Shown in pieces: positions 51,771 through 63,239 of a stretch of 64,000 nt of DNA. The notes under the pieces were generated by a model that was given only the letters and a program-made list of their open reading frames with translations, was not told where the DNA came from and did no database searches. The DNA is from an uncultured bacterium (GTDB lineage: Bacteria > Pseudomonadota > Gammaproteobacteria > Burkholderiales > SG8-39). Each line of letters begins with the position of its first letter. Positions within the stretch are counted from its first letter, which is position 1. The stretch covers positions 86,484-150,483 of the forward strand of contig CBDDSB010000025.1 of assembly GCA_965233195.1 (NCBI GenBank). The letters are read 5' to 3'. The position numbers and the translations under genes were made by a program.

Positions 51771-52667
51771 ATGAGAATACTCGTCACCGGGGCGGCGGGC
51801 TATATCGGTTCCGCTCTGGCGCGGGCGCTGGCGCGGCACGAGGTCGTAGGCACGGACCAGTCGGCGCCCGCCACCGTGCTCGGCAATCTCGCCTACCCGC
51901 AATTCGCCCGCTCCCTGATAACGCCCGAGATCGACGCGGTATTCCATCTCGCCTCGCTGGTTTCCGGCGGTGCCGAGCAGAACTTCGAGCTCGGCACCAA
52001 GGTCAACCTCGATGCCACGCGCGACCTGCTCGAAGCCTGCCGGCTGGCGGGGCATTGCCCGAAGTTCGTCTTCGCCTCGTCGATCGCCGTCTACAGTGAA
52101 GTGGACGAGGTGACGGATGAAACCCCGGCGGCGCCGCGGCTTTCGTATGGCGCGCAAAAGCTCATCAGCGAAATCCTGATCGACGACTACACGCGGCGCG
52201 GCTATATCGACGGGCGCGCGCTGCGTCTGCCGACGGTCATGGTGCGCCCCGGCAGCGCGAACACGGCGGTTTCCGGCTGGGCGAGCGCCATCATCCGCGA
52301 GCCGCTGGCCGGCCGCGACTACGTTTGTCCCGTGCGGCCGGGTACGCGCATGGCTTGTATCTCGCTTCGCCGAGTGGTCGATGCTTTCGTTGGCGTCTCG
52401 GAAGTTCCGGCCGCACAGCTCGGGAGCAAGCGCACGGTGCTGCTGACCGGCATCCCCGTTTCCGCGGAACAAATGTGGTACGCGGTGAAGCCGCGGGCCC
52501 GCGGCAAAGTGCGCTTCGAGCCTGATCCAGCCCTGCAAGCCATCATGGATCGCGTGCCGAACGCGACCTTTTCCAAACGTGCCGAGAAGCTCGGACTGCG
52601 CCCGAGCGCCAGCATCGAAGAAATCGTGCGTGAGTATGAAGAAGCTGCCGTCGCGCATCACGGTTGA
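51771..52667 (+). CDS. NAD-dependent epimerase/dehydrogenase (D-erythronate dehydrogenase-like)
   Basis: [42 protein letters not shown]. Confidence 0.8.
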   Translation: MRILVTGAAGYIGSALARALARHEVVGTDQSAPATVLGNLAYPQFARSLITPEIDAVFHLASLVSGGAEQNFELGTKVNLDATRDLLEACRLAGHCPKFVFASSIAVYSEVDEVTDETPAAPRLSYGAQKLISEILIDDYTRRGYIDGRALRLPTVMVRPGSANTAVSGWASAIIREPLAGRDYVCPVRPGTRMACISLRRVVDAFVGVSEVPAAQLGSKRTVLLTGIPVSAEQMWYAVKPRARGKVRFEPDPALQAIMDRVPNATFSKRAEKLGLRPSASIEEIVREYEEAAVAHHG

Positions 52668-54321
52668 GGGCCTGGATCGCGCGCCGCATCGCGCGTTTCT
52701 CCATGCTTTGGGTCTAAAAATTTCTGACTTTCAAAAACCCTTCGTCGGCGTCGCCTCCACCGATTCGCGCATCACGCCGTGCAACGCGCTGCTCGGCGAG
52801 TTCGTGCGCGAGGCCTGTGCCGCGGTGCGCGAGGCGGGCGGCGTGCCGTTCGACTTCGCCTCGGCCTCGGTGGCCGACTCCATGTCGATGAATCACGGCG
52901 GCATGCGCTATTCGCTGGTGTCGCGCGAGATCATCGCCGACGGCGTCGAGGCGGTGGCGCGCGGCCACGCCTACGACGCGCTCGTCACCTTCGCCGGCTG
53001 CGACAAGACGCTCCCCGGAATGATGATGGCGATGGCCCGGCTCAACCTGCCGGCGGTCTTCGTTTACGGCGGCGCCGCGCTGCCCGGGACATGGCAGGGA
53101 CGCGACGTGACCGTGCTCGACACTTATGAGGCGGTGGGCGGCGTGATGGCAGGCACTTTTGCAGAGAAGGATCTCAAGCAGCTCGAGGGAATCTGCATTC
53201 CGACGCTCGGCTCGTGTCCCGGGCAGTTCACCGCCAACACGATGGCGATGGTTTCGGAGACGCTCGGCCTCGCACTGCCGGGATCGGCGACCTTGCCGGC
53301 CGTTGCCGCGGAAAGAGCTTCCGTTGCGCGCAGGGCGGGGCAAACCGTCATGCAGCTTCTGAAAAACCAGGGCCCATTGCCGCGCGAGCTGGTGACGAAG
53401 AAGAGCCTCGAAAACGCCTGCGCCGCGGTCGCGGCGACCGGCGGCTCGACCAATGCCGCGCTGCATATTCCAGCCATCGCCCATGAGGCGGGCATTCGCT
53501 TCACACTCGAAGACTTCGCGCGTGTTGCGAAGCGCACGCCATTGATCGCAGACATGAAGCCTGGCGGTCGATTCCTCGCGAAGGACCTGCACGCCGTCGG
53601 CGGCGTTTACTCGGTTCTGAAGTCGCTGCTCGCGCGCGGTGCCCTCCATGGTGATTGCCTCACCTTGTCGGGTACGACATTGGAAAAGGCGCTGGCTGGG
53701 CATCCGGACGCCGACGGCGAAGTGGTGCGAAAAGAACCGATCACGGAAAGCGGCGGCCTGGTGGTGCTCAAAGGCAACCTCGCGCCGGGTGGCGCGCTGA
53801 TCAAGGTTGCGGGTCTCAAATCGCTGCTGTTCGAGGGGCGCGCGCGGGTGTTCGATTCGGAGGAGAGCTGCTCCGAAGTCATCCGAAAAAGGAACTACAA
53901 GGCCGGCGAAGTGCTCGTGATCCGCTACGAGGGCCCGCGAGGCGGGCCCGGGATGCGCGAGATGCTCGGCATCACCGCGCTGATCTACGGACAGGGCATG
54001 GGCGAAAAGGTCGCGCTGCTCACCGACGGGCGCTTCTCCGGCGCGACGCGCGGAATGATGGTCGGTCACGTCTCGCCGGAAGCCGCGAGTGGAGGACTGC
54101 TCGCGTTGGTCCGCAATGGCGACCGCATCCGCATCGACGCTTCCTGCGGCGAACTGCGCCTGGAAGTGGCGGCATCCGAGCTCAGAAAAAGAAAGGCGAG
54201 CGCGCCGAAGCGCTCGTTATCGGGTGTGCTGGAGAAGTACGAGGCGCTGGTGGGACCGGCAAACCTGGGCGCCGTCACCCACAGCGGCGTGCCCAGTAGG
54301 CGAAAGTCCCGCGCACGATAG
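52636..54321 (+). CDS. Dihydroxy-acid dehydratase (IlvD/Edd family)
   Basis: [51 protein letters not shown]. Confidence 0.9.
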   Translation: MKKLPSRITVEGLDRAPHRAFLHALGLKISDFQKPFVGVASTDSRITPCNALLGEFVREACAAVREAGGVPFDFASASVADSMSMNHGGMRYSLVSREIIADGVEAVARGHAYDALVTFAGCDKTLPGMMMAMARLNLPAVFVYGGAALPGTWQGRDVTVLDTYEAVGGVMAGTFAEKDLKQLEGICIPTLGSCPGQFTANTMAMVSETLGLALPGSATLPAVAAERASVARRAGQTVMQLLKNQGPLPRELVTKKSLENACAAVAATGGSTNAALHIPAIAHEAGIRFTLEDFARVAKRTPLIADMKPGGRFLAKDLHAVGGVYSVLKSLLARGALHGDCLTLSGTTLEKALAGHPDADGEVVRKEPITESGGLVVLKGNLAPGGALIKVAGLKSLLFEGRARVFDSEESCSEVIRKRNYKAGEVLVIRYEGPRGGPGMREMLGITALIYGQGMGEKVALLTDGRFSGATRGMMVGHVSPEAASGGLLALVRNGDRIRIDASCGELRLEVAASELRKRKASAPKRSLSGVLEKYEALVGPANLGAVTHSGVPSRRKSRAR

Positions 54322-55006
54322 AGGGCTGAAGCAGGAAGTCGCGCGCTTCTTCGGCCAGTTCCGGTTTTACTTCCTTGAATCCGCCCGCCGCCATGGCGAG
54401 GAGCTGCATGCGCGCCGCGCGCTCAAAGAACACCGCCAGGTAGGCGGCCTCTTCAACGGAACTTCCTGCGGCCAGCAAACCATGGCTGGCGAGCAGGATG
54501 GTCTTGGCGCCGCCCAGTGCGCCGGAGATGATGCGGCCCTCGTCGTCGGCCACCGGGACGCCCGGCCATTCCGGCAGATGCGCGCTGCCGTGCAGCATCG
54601 CGCTATCCATATGAATGGTCTTCAGCGCTGTTCCCGTCGATGCAAGAGCCGAAGCGTGCGGAGCGTGTGTATGCACTATGGCCTGCACGTCGGGACGTTT
54701 GTTGTAGATCCACACATGAAACCTCACGCCCGGATTCGGCCGTCCTCCGGAAAGCGGTTTGAGGTCCTCGTCGACCAGCACCATGCGCTCGGCGGTGGCT
54801 TCGTCGAAGCCGTAGCCGAACTGCAGCGTCCACCACGTGCGAGATTTCTCGCCGCGTGCCGTCACCTGGCCGGCGAGCCCGGACTCGTGGCCTTCGTAGG
54901 CGAGGATGCGGCAGCAGGCGGCGAGCAGCTCTGGCGTCGTACCTTTGAGCAAAGGCAGGTCTTCGGCCATCTCGCGGTTCACCCGGTCGATGAATTCCTG
55001 TTTCAT
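54275..55006 (-). CDS. Class II aldolase/adducin family protein
   Basis: PNP..RFH, IVHTH, LASHG, FERAA. Confidence 0.85.
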   Translation of the reverse strand: MKQEFIDRVNREMAEDLPLLKGTTPELLAACCRILAYEGHESGLAGQVTARGEKSRTWWTLQFGYGFDEATAERMVLVDEDLKPLSGGRPNPGVRFHVWIYNKRPDVQAIVHTHAPHASALASTGTALKTIHMDSAMLHGSAHLPEWPGVPVADDEGRIISGALGGAKTILLASHGLLAAGSSVEEAAYLAVFFERAARMQLLAMAAGGFKEVKPELAEEARDFLLQPSIVRGTFAYWARRCG

Positions 55007-56427
55007 CTCATCAAGCTCGGCAGGTAGAGGGCGATGGCTGGGAAGGCGATCAGAATCGCGAGGCGCACGCAATCGGCGGTGATAAACGGCAGCACGCCGC
55101 CGAAGATGGTGCGCGTCGGCACCTGCGGCAGCAGGGTGTTGAGCACGAACAGGTTCATGCCCACTGGCGGGCTGATCAGGCCGATTTCGACCACTACCAC
55201 GATGAGCACGCCGAACCAGATCGGGTCGAGCCCCATGTGCACGATCAGCGGGAAGAAGATCGGCACCGTCAGGAGGATCATCGACAGCTCCTCCATGGCC
55301 GTGCCGAGCAGCACGTAGATCACCATGATCACCGCCACCACCAGGATCGGGCTGATCTGCAGGCGCGTGACGAAGTTCTTGAGGTCGTCGGGCATGGAGG
55401 TGATGTTGACGAACTCGGCGAACATGAGCGCGCCGATCAGAATCAGGAACAGCATCGAGGTGGTGCGCGCGCTTTCGACCAGCGCGGCGTAGAGCGATTT
55501 CAGCGACAGCGTGCGGCGCGCGAGCGCGAACACCATGGCGCCGAACGCGCCGACGCCCGCGCCTTCCACCGCCGTGAACACCCCGCCATAGATGCCGCCC
55601 ATCACCAGAGCGAAAAGCGCGACTACGCTGGTGATGCCCTTGTAGATGAGCGAGAGGCCAAATACCGCCAGCGCGCCCAGGACCGCGGCGTCGTCCGAAG
55701 GCAGCCAGCCGAGCTGCGCGCTGCCGATCACGGCCACGCCGACGGCGACGAACCAGCCCAGGCCCTCGAGCGTGGCGAAGCGTTCTTTCCAGGAAAGGCG
55801 CTCACCGCGCGGCCCGGCCTGCGGATCGCGCCACGCCACGTACTGCACGGCGCCGCAGAGAAGCAGCGTGGCAAGGATGCCCGGCAGGATGCCCGCGGCG
55901 AACAGCTTGCCGATGCTGGTGCCGGTCATGATCCCGTAGATCACCATGATGGTGGAAGGCGGAATCAGGATGCCGAGCGTGCCGCCCGCGGCGATGGACC
56001 CGGTGGCGAGCGCGTCCGAGTAGCCGAACTTCTTCATCGACGGATAAGCCACCTTGGCGAAGGTGGCGGCGGTGGCGATCGACGAGCCGCAGATGGCGCC
56101 GAAACCGGCGCAGCCGACGATGGTGGCCATCGCCAGGCCGCCGCGCAGGTGGCCGATGAAGGCGTAGGCGGCGCGGTACAGCTCCTGCGACATGCCGGCG
56201 CGCGTGACGAAGTTGCCCATCAGGATGAACAGCGGCACCACGGAAAGGGTGTAGTTGCGGCCGGTCTCGTAGATCTTGGTCTGCGCCGCCGCGAGCGCCG
56301 CGCCCCAGCTCCAGTCGCGCATGTACGCGTAGCCGACGACGCCGACCACGCCCATGGCGAGCGCGATCGGCAGGCGCATGAAGGCCAGCACCATCATGGC
56401 CAGCAGCCCGAACAGCGTTTCGGTCAT
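55003..56427 (-). CDS. dctM: TRAP transporter large permease
   Basis: VPLFILMG, GGLA, GSS.ATAA, GTLGILIPPS, ISPPVGMNLFV. Confidence 0.92.
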   Translation of the reverse strand: MTETLFGLLAMMVLAFMRLPIALAMGVVGVVGYAYMRDWSWGAALAAAQTKIYETGRNYTLSVVPLFILMGNFVTRAGMSQELYRAAYAFIGHLRGGLAMATIVGCAGFGAICGSSIATAATFAKVAYPSMKKFGYSDALATGSIAAGGTLGILIPPSTIMVIYGIMTGTSIGKLFAAGILPGILATLLLCGAVQYVAWRDPQAGPRGERLSWKERFATLEGLGWFVAVGVAVIGSAQLGWLPSDDAAVLGALAVFGLSLIYKGITSVVALFALVMGGIYGGVFTAVEGAGVGAFGAMVFALARRTLSLKSLYAALVESARTTSMLFLILIGALMFAEFVNITSMPDDLKNFVTRLQISPILVVAVIMVIYVLLGTAMEELSMILLTVPIFFPLIVHMGLDPIWFGVLIVVVVEIGLISPPVGMNLFVLNTLLPQVPTRTIFGGVLPFITADCVRLAILIAFPAIALYLPSLMR

Positions 56428-56861
56428 GTGGTGGCCGACGGCCTGCGCGGTGGGCCCGGCGAGAAGATCTTGAAGAGGTGCACCAGGCCGGTGAGGGCGA
56501 TCATCAGCGCCATGAAGTAGACGAACGGGCCGATGGTGATGCGCAGCACGTCGGTGGTATCGCTGTACGAGGCGATGCGAGTGGCCTTGATCCACACCTG
56601 CCAGGTGAGGAAGAACATGATCGCGGCGCAGATGCCGTGCATGACACGGATCCACGCCTCGCGCAGCTGCCGCGGCAGGATGCGGTCGATGAAGTCCATG
56701 GTGACGTGCTCATCCGCGCGCGACACGAGCGGCAGCCCGGCGAAGATCAGCACCAGCAGGGTGAGCTCGGTGAGCTCGAAGCCGCCGCGGATCGGGCGAT
56801 TGACGAGGTAGCGCGCCACCACGTCCGCGAACGTGAGCAGCATCATCAGGAACAGCAACAT
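56424..56861 (-). CDS. dctQ: TRAP transporter small permease (true start may be near 56940)
   Basis: DVVARY..NRPI.G..EL, HVTMD; four TM; frame stays open upstream. Confidence 0.85.
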   Translation of the reverse strand: MLLFLMMLLTFADVVARYLVNRPIRGGFELTELTLLVLIFAGLPLVSRADEHVTMDFIDRILPRQLREAWIRVMHGICAAIMFFLTWQVWIKATRIASYSDTTDVLRITIGPFVYFMALMIALTGLVHLFKIFSPGPPRRPSATT

Positions 56862-56925
56862 CGAGGCGGCGACGCCGAGGACGGCATCGGCGCGCCTCTC
56901 CCAAACGGGATTGAAACTGCGGGTA

Positions 56926-57936
56926 CTACCTTCTTTCAGCAGCGACCTTTTTCAGCTCGGCGTGGAACTCCGCCAGGATCGCCTTGGCGTCGACGCCCTT
57001 GGCGCTCGCCTTCTTGATCCAGTCCTCGATGATCGGCCCGGAGCGCTTTTTCGCCTCGGCCTGCATCGTGGCGTCGGCGGTGACGATGTTGGCGCCGGCC
57101 GCCTTGAGCGCGTTGAGGCCCACTTGGTCGGCCTTGTCCCAGGACTGCCCGTTGCTGCGCGCCGCGTACTCGAAGCCGTACTTCTCGATGATCTTCTGGT
57201 CCTGCGGCGAGAGCTTGTTCCACTTGCCCTCGTTCATGAAAAAGCCGAACGAGGAGCTGTACAGGCCGCCCGGGAATACCGTCGCCTGGCCGATCACCTT
57301 GTCGAGCTTGAACGAGACGATCGACTCGAACGGGAAAAACACACCGTCGGCCACGCCGGAATTGAGCAGCTCGTAGGACTCGGGCGCCGGCTTGAAGAAC
57401 GGCGAGCCGCCGAGCGCCGAGATCACCTCGGCCGAGATGCCGCCGCCGGTGCGGATCTTCTGATTCTGGAAGTCGGCCAGCGACTTGATCGGCTTTTTGG
57501 TGAACATCTGACCGGGGCCGTGCGTCCACACCGCGAGCAGCTTGACGCCCTTGTACTCGCCGAGCTTGTGGAAGTGCTTCCAATGAATGCGCGAGTAGGC
57601 CACCGAGTTGATCTCGGCGGTTTCGCCGGCCCCGGGCAGCTCCGCCATCAGCGGCAGGATGTGGCGCGCGGGGGTGTAGCTCGCGGTGACGTAAGACAGA
57701 TCGACCAGGCCGTCGCGCACCGCGTCGAAGGTGCCGGGGGGCGCGGCAGGCGCTTTGGGCAGCGACTGGAACTTGACGCGGCCGCCGGTCGCTTTCTCGA
57801 CATCGGCCGCCCAATTGGCTTGCCAGATCGTGAGGTGGTGCGTCGGCGGCACCCAGCTCGAGAACGTGAGCGGGGTTTGTGCGTGCGCAGCCGAACTCGC
57901 AACGGCCGCGAGCGCGATGGTGATTGGCCTGATCAT
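56926..57936 (-). CDS. dctP: TRAP transporter substrate-binding protein
   Basis: Signal peptide; VEKATGGRV, VRDG.VD, KIR, YELL.SGV.DG, MN..KW..L. Confidence 0.9.
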   Translation of the reverse strand: MIRPITIALAAVASSAAHAQTPLTFSSWVPPTHHLTIWQANWAADVEKATGGRVKFQSLPKAPAAPPGTFDAVRDGLVDLSYVTASYTPARHILPLMAELPGAGETAEINSVAYSRIHWKHFHKLGEYKGVKLLAVWTHGPGQMFTKKPIKSLADFQNQKIRTGGGISAEVISALGGSPFFKPAPESYELLNSGVADGVFFPFESIVSFKLDKVIGQATVFPGGLYSSSFGFFMNEGKWNKLSPQDQKIIEKYGFEYAARSNGQSWDKADQVGLNALKAAGANIVTADATMQAEAKKRSGPIIEDWIKKASAKGVDAKAILAEFHAELKKVAAERR

Positions 57937-58008
57937 GCGTCCTCCTCCTTGAGGTCTCGTAATAATAAATGTTTGTCCAGTCGCGTGTGCAAATTCACAA
58001 CGCCTGCG

Positions 58009-58037
58009 TTGTGTTTCGTTTTTCGTTTGGATAGGAT
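58009..58037 (+). promoter_or_regulatory. Putative sigma70 promoter for the HU gene
   Basis: TTGTGT-17 nt-TAGGAT in the AT-rich intergenic region. Confidence 0.45.
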
Positions 58038-58077
58038 TCTGGGCTCGCGCGCAGGTCGAAATTCAAGGGGAGAGCGC

Positions 58078-58368
58078 ATGCCACACGTGGTCACCAAGTC
58101 CGATCTGGTTCAGATCGCGGCGAAGGCCGGAAACGTCAGCAAATCGGCCGCAGGGGAGGTGGTGAACGCGGTATTCGATGAGATCGTCAAGAACGTCGCC
58201 AAAGGAAAGCGCGTCACGCTGGTCGGCTTCGGCACCTTCCTGCCGCGCACGCGCAAGGCGCGCACCGGCCGCAGCCCGGTGAACGGCAAGGAGATCAAGA
58301 TCTCGTCCAAGACCATCCCCGCGTTCGCCGCCGGGCAGGGGTTCAAAGAGGCCGTCGGCAAAGACTAG
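58078..58368 (+). CDS. HU family DNA-binding protein
   Basis: TKSDLV..IA, VTLVGFGTF, RKARTGRSP, PAF.AG..FK. Confidence 0.92.
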   Translation: MPHVVTKSDLVQIAAKAGNVSKSAAGEVVNAVFDEIVKNVAKGKRVTLVGFGTFLPRTRKARTGRSPVNGKEIKISSKTIPAFAAGQGFKEAVGKD

Positions 58369-58417
58369 CCAAGAGGTTCCTTCCGCAGTCCGTTGTTTTC
58401 TCGTATATTGCTGGCTG

Positions 58418-58996
58418 ATGGATAAGCCCCTGATCCTTTCGCTGGACGCGCACGGTGTGCCGCACCGCTGGATCAGCTGGCAGCAGGCGTGCTTCTACTA
58501 CGCGAAGGATCTCGTCGCGTGGACCCTCGGCGAAGAGAAATTCACCTATTACGGCGGCATCTGCCGCCTGACGGGCGAGCGCTCGAGCATCACCGCGCAT
58601 TCCATCGTTGCGATCAAGGGCAAGGCGCTGGCGGCGAAGGGCTTCAATCAGGTGCCGCCGCTCAATAACCGGGAGCTGTTCCGGCGCGACCGGCACACCT
58701 GCGCGTACTGCGGCGGCGACTTCAGCTACTTCCGCCTGACGCGCGACCACATCACGCCGCTCTCCCGCGGCGGCCGCGACACCTGGATGAACGTAGTCAC
58801 CACCTGCCGGCAGTGCAACGGCCACAAGCGCAACCGCTTGCCCCAGGAATGCGGCATGGAGCTGCTCTACGCGCCGTACGTGCCGAACAAGGCCGAGTAC
58901 CTGATCCTCACCAACCGCCGCATCCTCGCCGACCAGATGGAGTTCCTCAAGCAGCACGTCGCGAGCCACTCGCGGCTGGTGCTTGCCCCTGCGTAG
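58418..58996 (+). CDS. HNH endonuclease (McrA/HNH_5-like)
   Basis: LFRRD..TCAYCG, LTRDHITP.SRGG..TWMNVVT.C..CN..K. Confidence 0.9.
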   Translation: MDKPLILSLDAHGVPHRWISWQQACFYYAKDLVAWTLGEEKFTYYGGICRLTGERSSITAHSIVAIKGKALAAKGFNQVPPLNNRELFRRDRHTCAYCGGDFSYFRLTRDHITPLSRGGRDTWMNVVTTCRQCNGHKRNRLPQECGMELLYAPYVPNKAEYLILTNRRILADQMEFLKQHVASHSRLVLAPA

Positions 58997-60005
58997 ATCG
59001 CTGACCGAGTTTTGGCGTAACAGCGGTTTTCACCTCCTAGAACGGGATGCGGCCGGCAGGCTGCGGATCACCGACGACTTCCTGCGCGCTTATTACCTGC
59101 GCCCGGAGATCCATCCGGTCGAGGAGTCCGGCGATGGCGAGCGCCGCGTGCACGCCGAGTTGATGGCGCAGCCGAGAAAAGACCTTACCGAGGAAGACCT
59201 TCAGGCCATCGAGGACGCCGATACCCGCGACAACTACCGGGTGATCCTGCGCTTCCGGGACAAGCTGCTGCACGCGGGTACGGTCGAAGGCTGCTACATG
59301 AGCCTGTTCAGGGCGCCGATCGACGTGCCACCCATGTTCGTCGACCAGCTGGCGCACGTCATCCTGCGCAACCTGCTGGACGGTACTGAAGATGCGCTGC
59401 GCCTGCGCGCCGCGGAGGTGTTCTTCCGGGAGCAGAAGGCGACGATCCAGGATGGCCACGCGCTGCTCGCCGATCTCGAGACGGTGGAGATGCACGCCAG
59501 CGGCAACCGCTACGGCAGCATCGGCAGGCTGATCGTCGAGGCGCAGGGCGACCTCGCGAAGGTCGACCTGGATGTGCTCGACCGCGCCAATGCCGCGCTT
59601 TACTGGGAGCGCGAGTCGCGCCACGACACGGTGATCAGCCTGACCTACGGCCGCCCGGCCCTGGATGCACTCTGCCGCGTGATCGAGGCCTGGGTGCTCC
59701 ATTTCTTCGGCACCAAGGTCGCGGTCAAGCCGATCCGCAAGATCGATGAGCTGCACTGGGCCTGGCACATCGGCCTCGACGCCGAGTCGACCGCGATCCT
59801 GAACGAGTTGTGGGCGGGTCGCGAGATCGAGCACGGCCGGATGCGCAACATCCTCGCCATTTTCGCGCTCCAGTTCGAAGAACCGACGGCGATGCGCGCC
59901 GACATCGCCGGCCGGACGGTCTATCTGGCGCTCGCGTGCGAGGACGGAGTGGTGAGGATGAAGCCGCAGAACCTGCTCACCAACCTGCCTCTGCATGAAA
60001 CCTGA
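58983..60005 (+). CDS. DUF6352-like protein
   Basis: FWRNSGFHLL, TDDFLRAY, W.WHIGLDAE, MKPQNLL.NLP; start uncertain. Confidence 0.65.
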   Translation: MPLRRSLTEFWRNSGFHLLERDAAGRLRITDDFLRAYYLRPEIHPVEESGDGERRVHAELMAQPRKDLTEEDLQAIEDADTRDNYRVILRFRDKLLHAGTVEGCYMSLFRAPIDVPPMFVDQLAHVILRNLLDGTEDALRLRAAEVFFREQKATIQDGHALLADLETVEMHASGNRYGSIGRLIVEAQGDLAKVDLDVLDRANAALYWERESRHDTVISLTYGRPALDALCRVIEAWVLHFFGTKVAVKPIRKIDELHWAWHIGLDAESTAILNELWAGREIEHGRMRNILAIFALQFEEPTAMRADIAGRTVYLALACEDGVVRMKPQNLLTNLPLHET

Positions 60006-60014
60006 AAGCTCGAA

Positions 60015-60632
60015 TTGAAACCCGACTACTGGGACCGCGCGAAACGCGCCTTGGCTCGGCGCGACCGGGTGATGGGCGCGATCATGCGCAGCCACCCCCG
60101 CGTCTACATGATGGTGCGCGGCGAGCCGTTCATGACGCTGGCGCGCGCCATCTGCGGGCAGCAGATCTCGGTCAAGGCGGCGCAGAGCGTTTGGGATCGG
60201 ATCGTGATTTGCTGCGGCGCAGTCACCCCCGACAACGTCCTGGCGAAACCCAGACCGCAGCTGCGTGCTTGCGGGCTCTCGGACCGCAAGACCGAGTACA
60301 TCGCCGACCTCGCGCAGCATTTTGTCGATGGCAAGATCCACGCGCGCCACTGGCCGCAGATGTCGGACGAGGAAATCATCGCCGAGCTCACCGACGTGCG
60401 CGGCATCGGCCGCTGGACCGCCGAGATGTTCCTGATGTTCAACCTGCTGCGCCCCGACGTGTTCCCGCTCGACGATCTCGGCCTGCAGAAAGGGATCCGC
60501 GTCAGCTACTTCAAGGGGAGGAAGGTCTCGCTGTCACGCATGCGCAAGCTTGGTGAAAGCTGGCGCCCCTGGCGCTCGGTTGCCACCTGGTACCTCTGGC
60601 GCTCGCTCGACCCGGTGCCAGTAGAGTACTAG
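60015..60632 (+). CDS. DNA-3-methyladenine glycosylase II family (HhH-GPD)
   Basis: GQQISVKAA, GIGRWTAEMFL, PDVFP.DDLG, WRPWRS..TWYLW. Confidence 0.9.
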   Translation: MKPDYWDRAKRALARRDRVMGAIMRSHPRVYMMVRGEPFMTLARAICGQQISVKAAQSVWDRIVICCGAVTPDNVLAKPRPQLRACGLSDRKTEYIADLAQHFVDGKIHARHWPQMSDEEIIAELTDVRGIGRWTAEMFLMFNLLRPDVFPLDDLGLQKGIRVSYFKGRKVSLSRMRKLGESWRPWRSVATWYLWRSLDPVPVEY

Positions 60633-60662
60633 GCCCCGCCTTGGGCTAGAATCGCGCCGCCG

Positions 60663-61631
<969 letters not shown>

Positions 61632-62816
61632 GGGACTCGCGCAAGGCGCTCGGCGCATTGCCGTCGCCCTCTCGGGCGGCGTTGATTCGGTCACGCTTCT
61701 CCACCAGCTCCGGGATCGCGGTCCGGTCGCGGCGATCCACGTCCATCACGGCCTGAGTCCGAACGCCGACGCCTGGACCGCCTTCTGCCGGAAGCTTTGC
61801 AAGCAATGGGACGTACCCCTTACGGTTTATCGGGTGAAGGTGGTGCGCAGCGGAAAGGGGCTGGAGGCGGCCGCCCGCCAAGCCCGGTACGAAGCTTTTG
61901 CAAAGGCCGATGCCGACTGCATCGCGCTGGCGCACAACCAGGACGACCAGGCCGAGACGGTGCTCATGAACCTGCTGCGCGGCGCAGGCCGGCGCGGCGC
62001 CAGCGGCATGCCGAAACAGTCCCGGTTCAAGGGCAAGACGCTGCTGCGGCCGCTGCTCGATACGCCGCGCGAGGCGATCGAGACCTATGCGCGCCGTCAT
62101 CGGCTGGCCTGGGTCGAGGACGAGAGCAACGCCGACGAATCCCTGACTCGCAACTTCATCCGGCGCCGCCTTGCGCCGCTTCTTCAGGAAAAATATCCGG
62201 GATGGCGCCGCAACCTGGCTCGGGCGGCGCGGCATTTCTCGCGCAAGGAAGCCGGTGCGCAGGACTTGCTGCGGAAATTTTTACAAACAAAGGGGCTGCG
62301 TGCGCCGAGCGAGGCCAGGCTGGTCGAGATGCTGAAGCAGCTGACTGCCGGCGGCGCCCGCACGCTGATCGAGCACGACGGCGCGCGGCTTCGGCTTTAC
62401 CGAGGCAAGGTCTTTTCAGATCAGGCAGTCGCAGACTTTGCCCCGATCGCTTGGCACGGCGAGCCGAGGCTGCCGATTCCCGAGCTCGGCGGTGAGCTGC
62501 GTTTCCGCCGCGCGCGTGGCAAGGGCATCGATGCGAGCCGAAAACCGTTGCGCGTGCGGCTGCGCGCGGGCGGCGAGCGGCTGCAGCCCGACGCGAAGCG
62601 CCCGCGGCGCACGCTGAAAAATCTTTTCCAGGAAGCCGGCGTGCCCCCGTGGGAGCGCGACCGGCTGCCGCTCATCGTCTGCGGCGACGATCTCGTGTGG
62701 GTGCCGGGCCTCGGCGTGGATGCGAGATACCGCGCGGCCGAAAATGCGGTCGGGATTCTGCCGGAATGGCGTAAAATGTCGGGTTAATTTCTTGATCTCA
62801 AAGGGGAACAGGGGTA

Positions 62817-63230
62817 ATGGCGGTGGAGCAGACGTTGTCGATCATCAAGCCCGATGCGGTAAAGAAAAACGTCATCGGCAAGATCATTGCGCGCTTCGAG
62901 GCGGCGGGGCTGCGCGTGGTCGCCGCGCGCATGACGCATCTCTCGCGCAAGGAGGCCGAAGGCTTCTACGCCGTGCATCGCGAGCGCCCGTTCTTCAAGG
63001 ATCTGGTCGATTTCATGATTTCGGGGCCGGTGCTGGTGCAGGTGCTCGAAGGCGAGAACGCCATCGCCCGCAACCGCGAGCTCATGGGCGCGACGGATCC
63101 GAAGAAAGCCGCCAAAGGAACCATCCGCGCGGATTTCGCCGATTCGATCGACGCCAACGCGGTGCACGGCTCGGACGGCGCGGACACCGCGCGCAAGGAA
63201 ATCGACTATTTTTTCCCTAAAGGAAAATAA
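62817..63230 (+). CDS. ndk: Nucleoside-diphosphate kinase
   Basis: IIKPDAV, GATDP, NAVHGSD. Confidence 0.97.
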   Translation: MAVEQTLSIIKPDAVKKNVIGKIIARFEAAGLRVVAARMTHLSRKEAEGFYAVHRERPFFKDLVDFMISGPVLVQVLEGENAIARNRELMGATDPKKAAKGTIRADFADSIDANAVHGSDGADTARKEIDYFFPKGK

Positions 63231-63239
63231 GCAAAGGAA

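Noticed and set aside
58418-58996. HNH as a defence system or homing element
   Set aside because: Host-like codon usage, core-gene context, no methylase, intron or flanking repeats.
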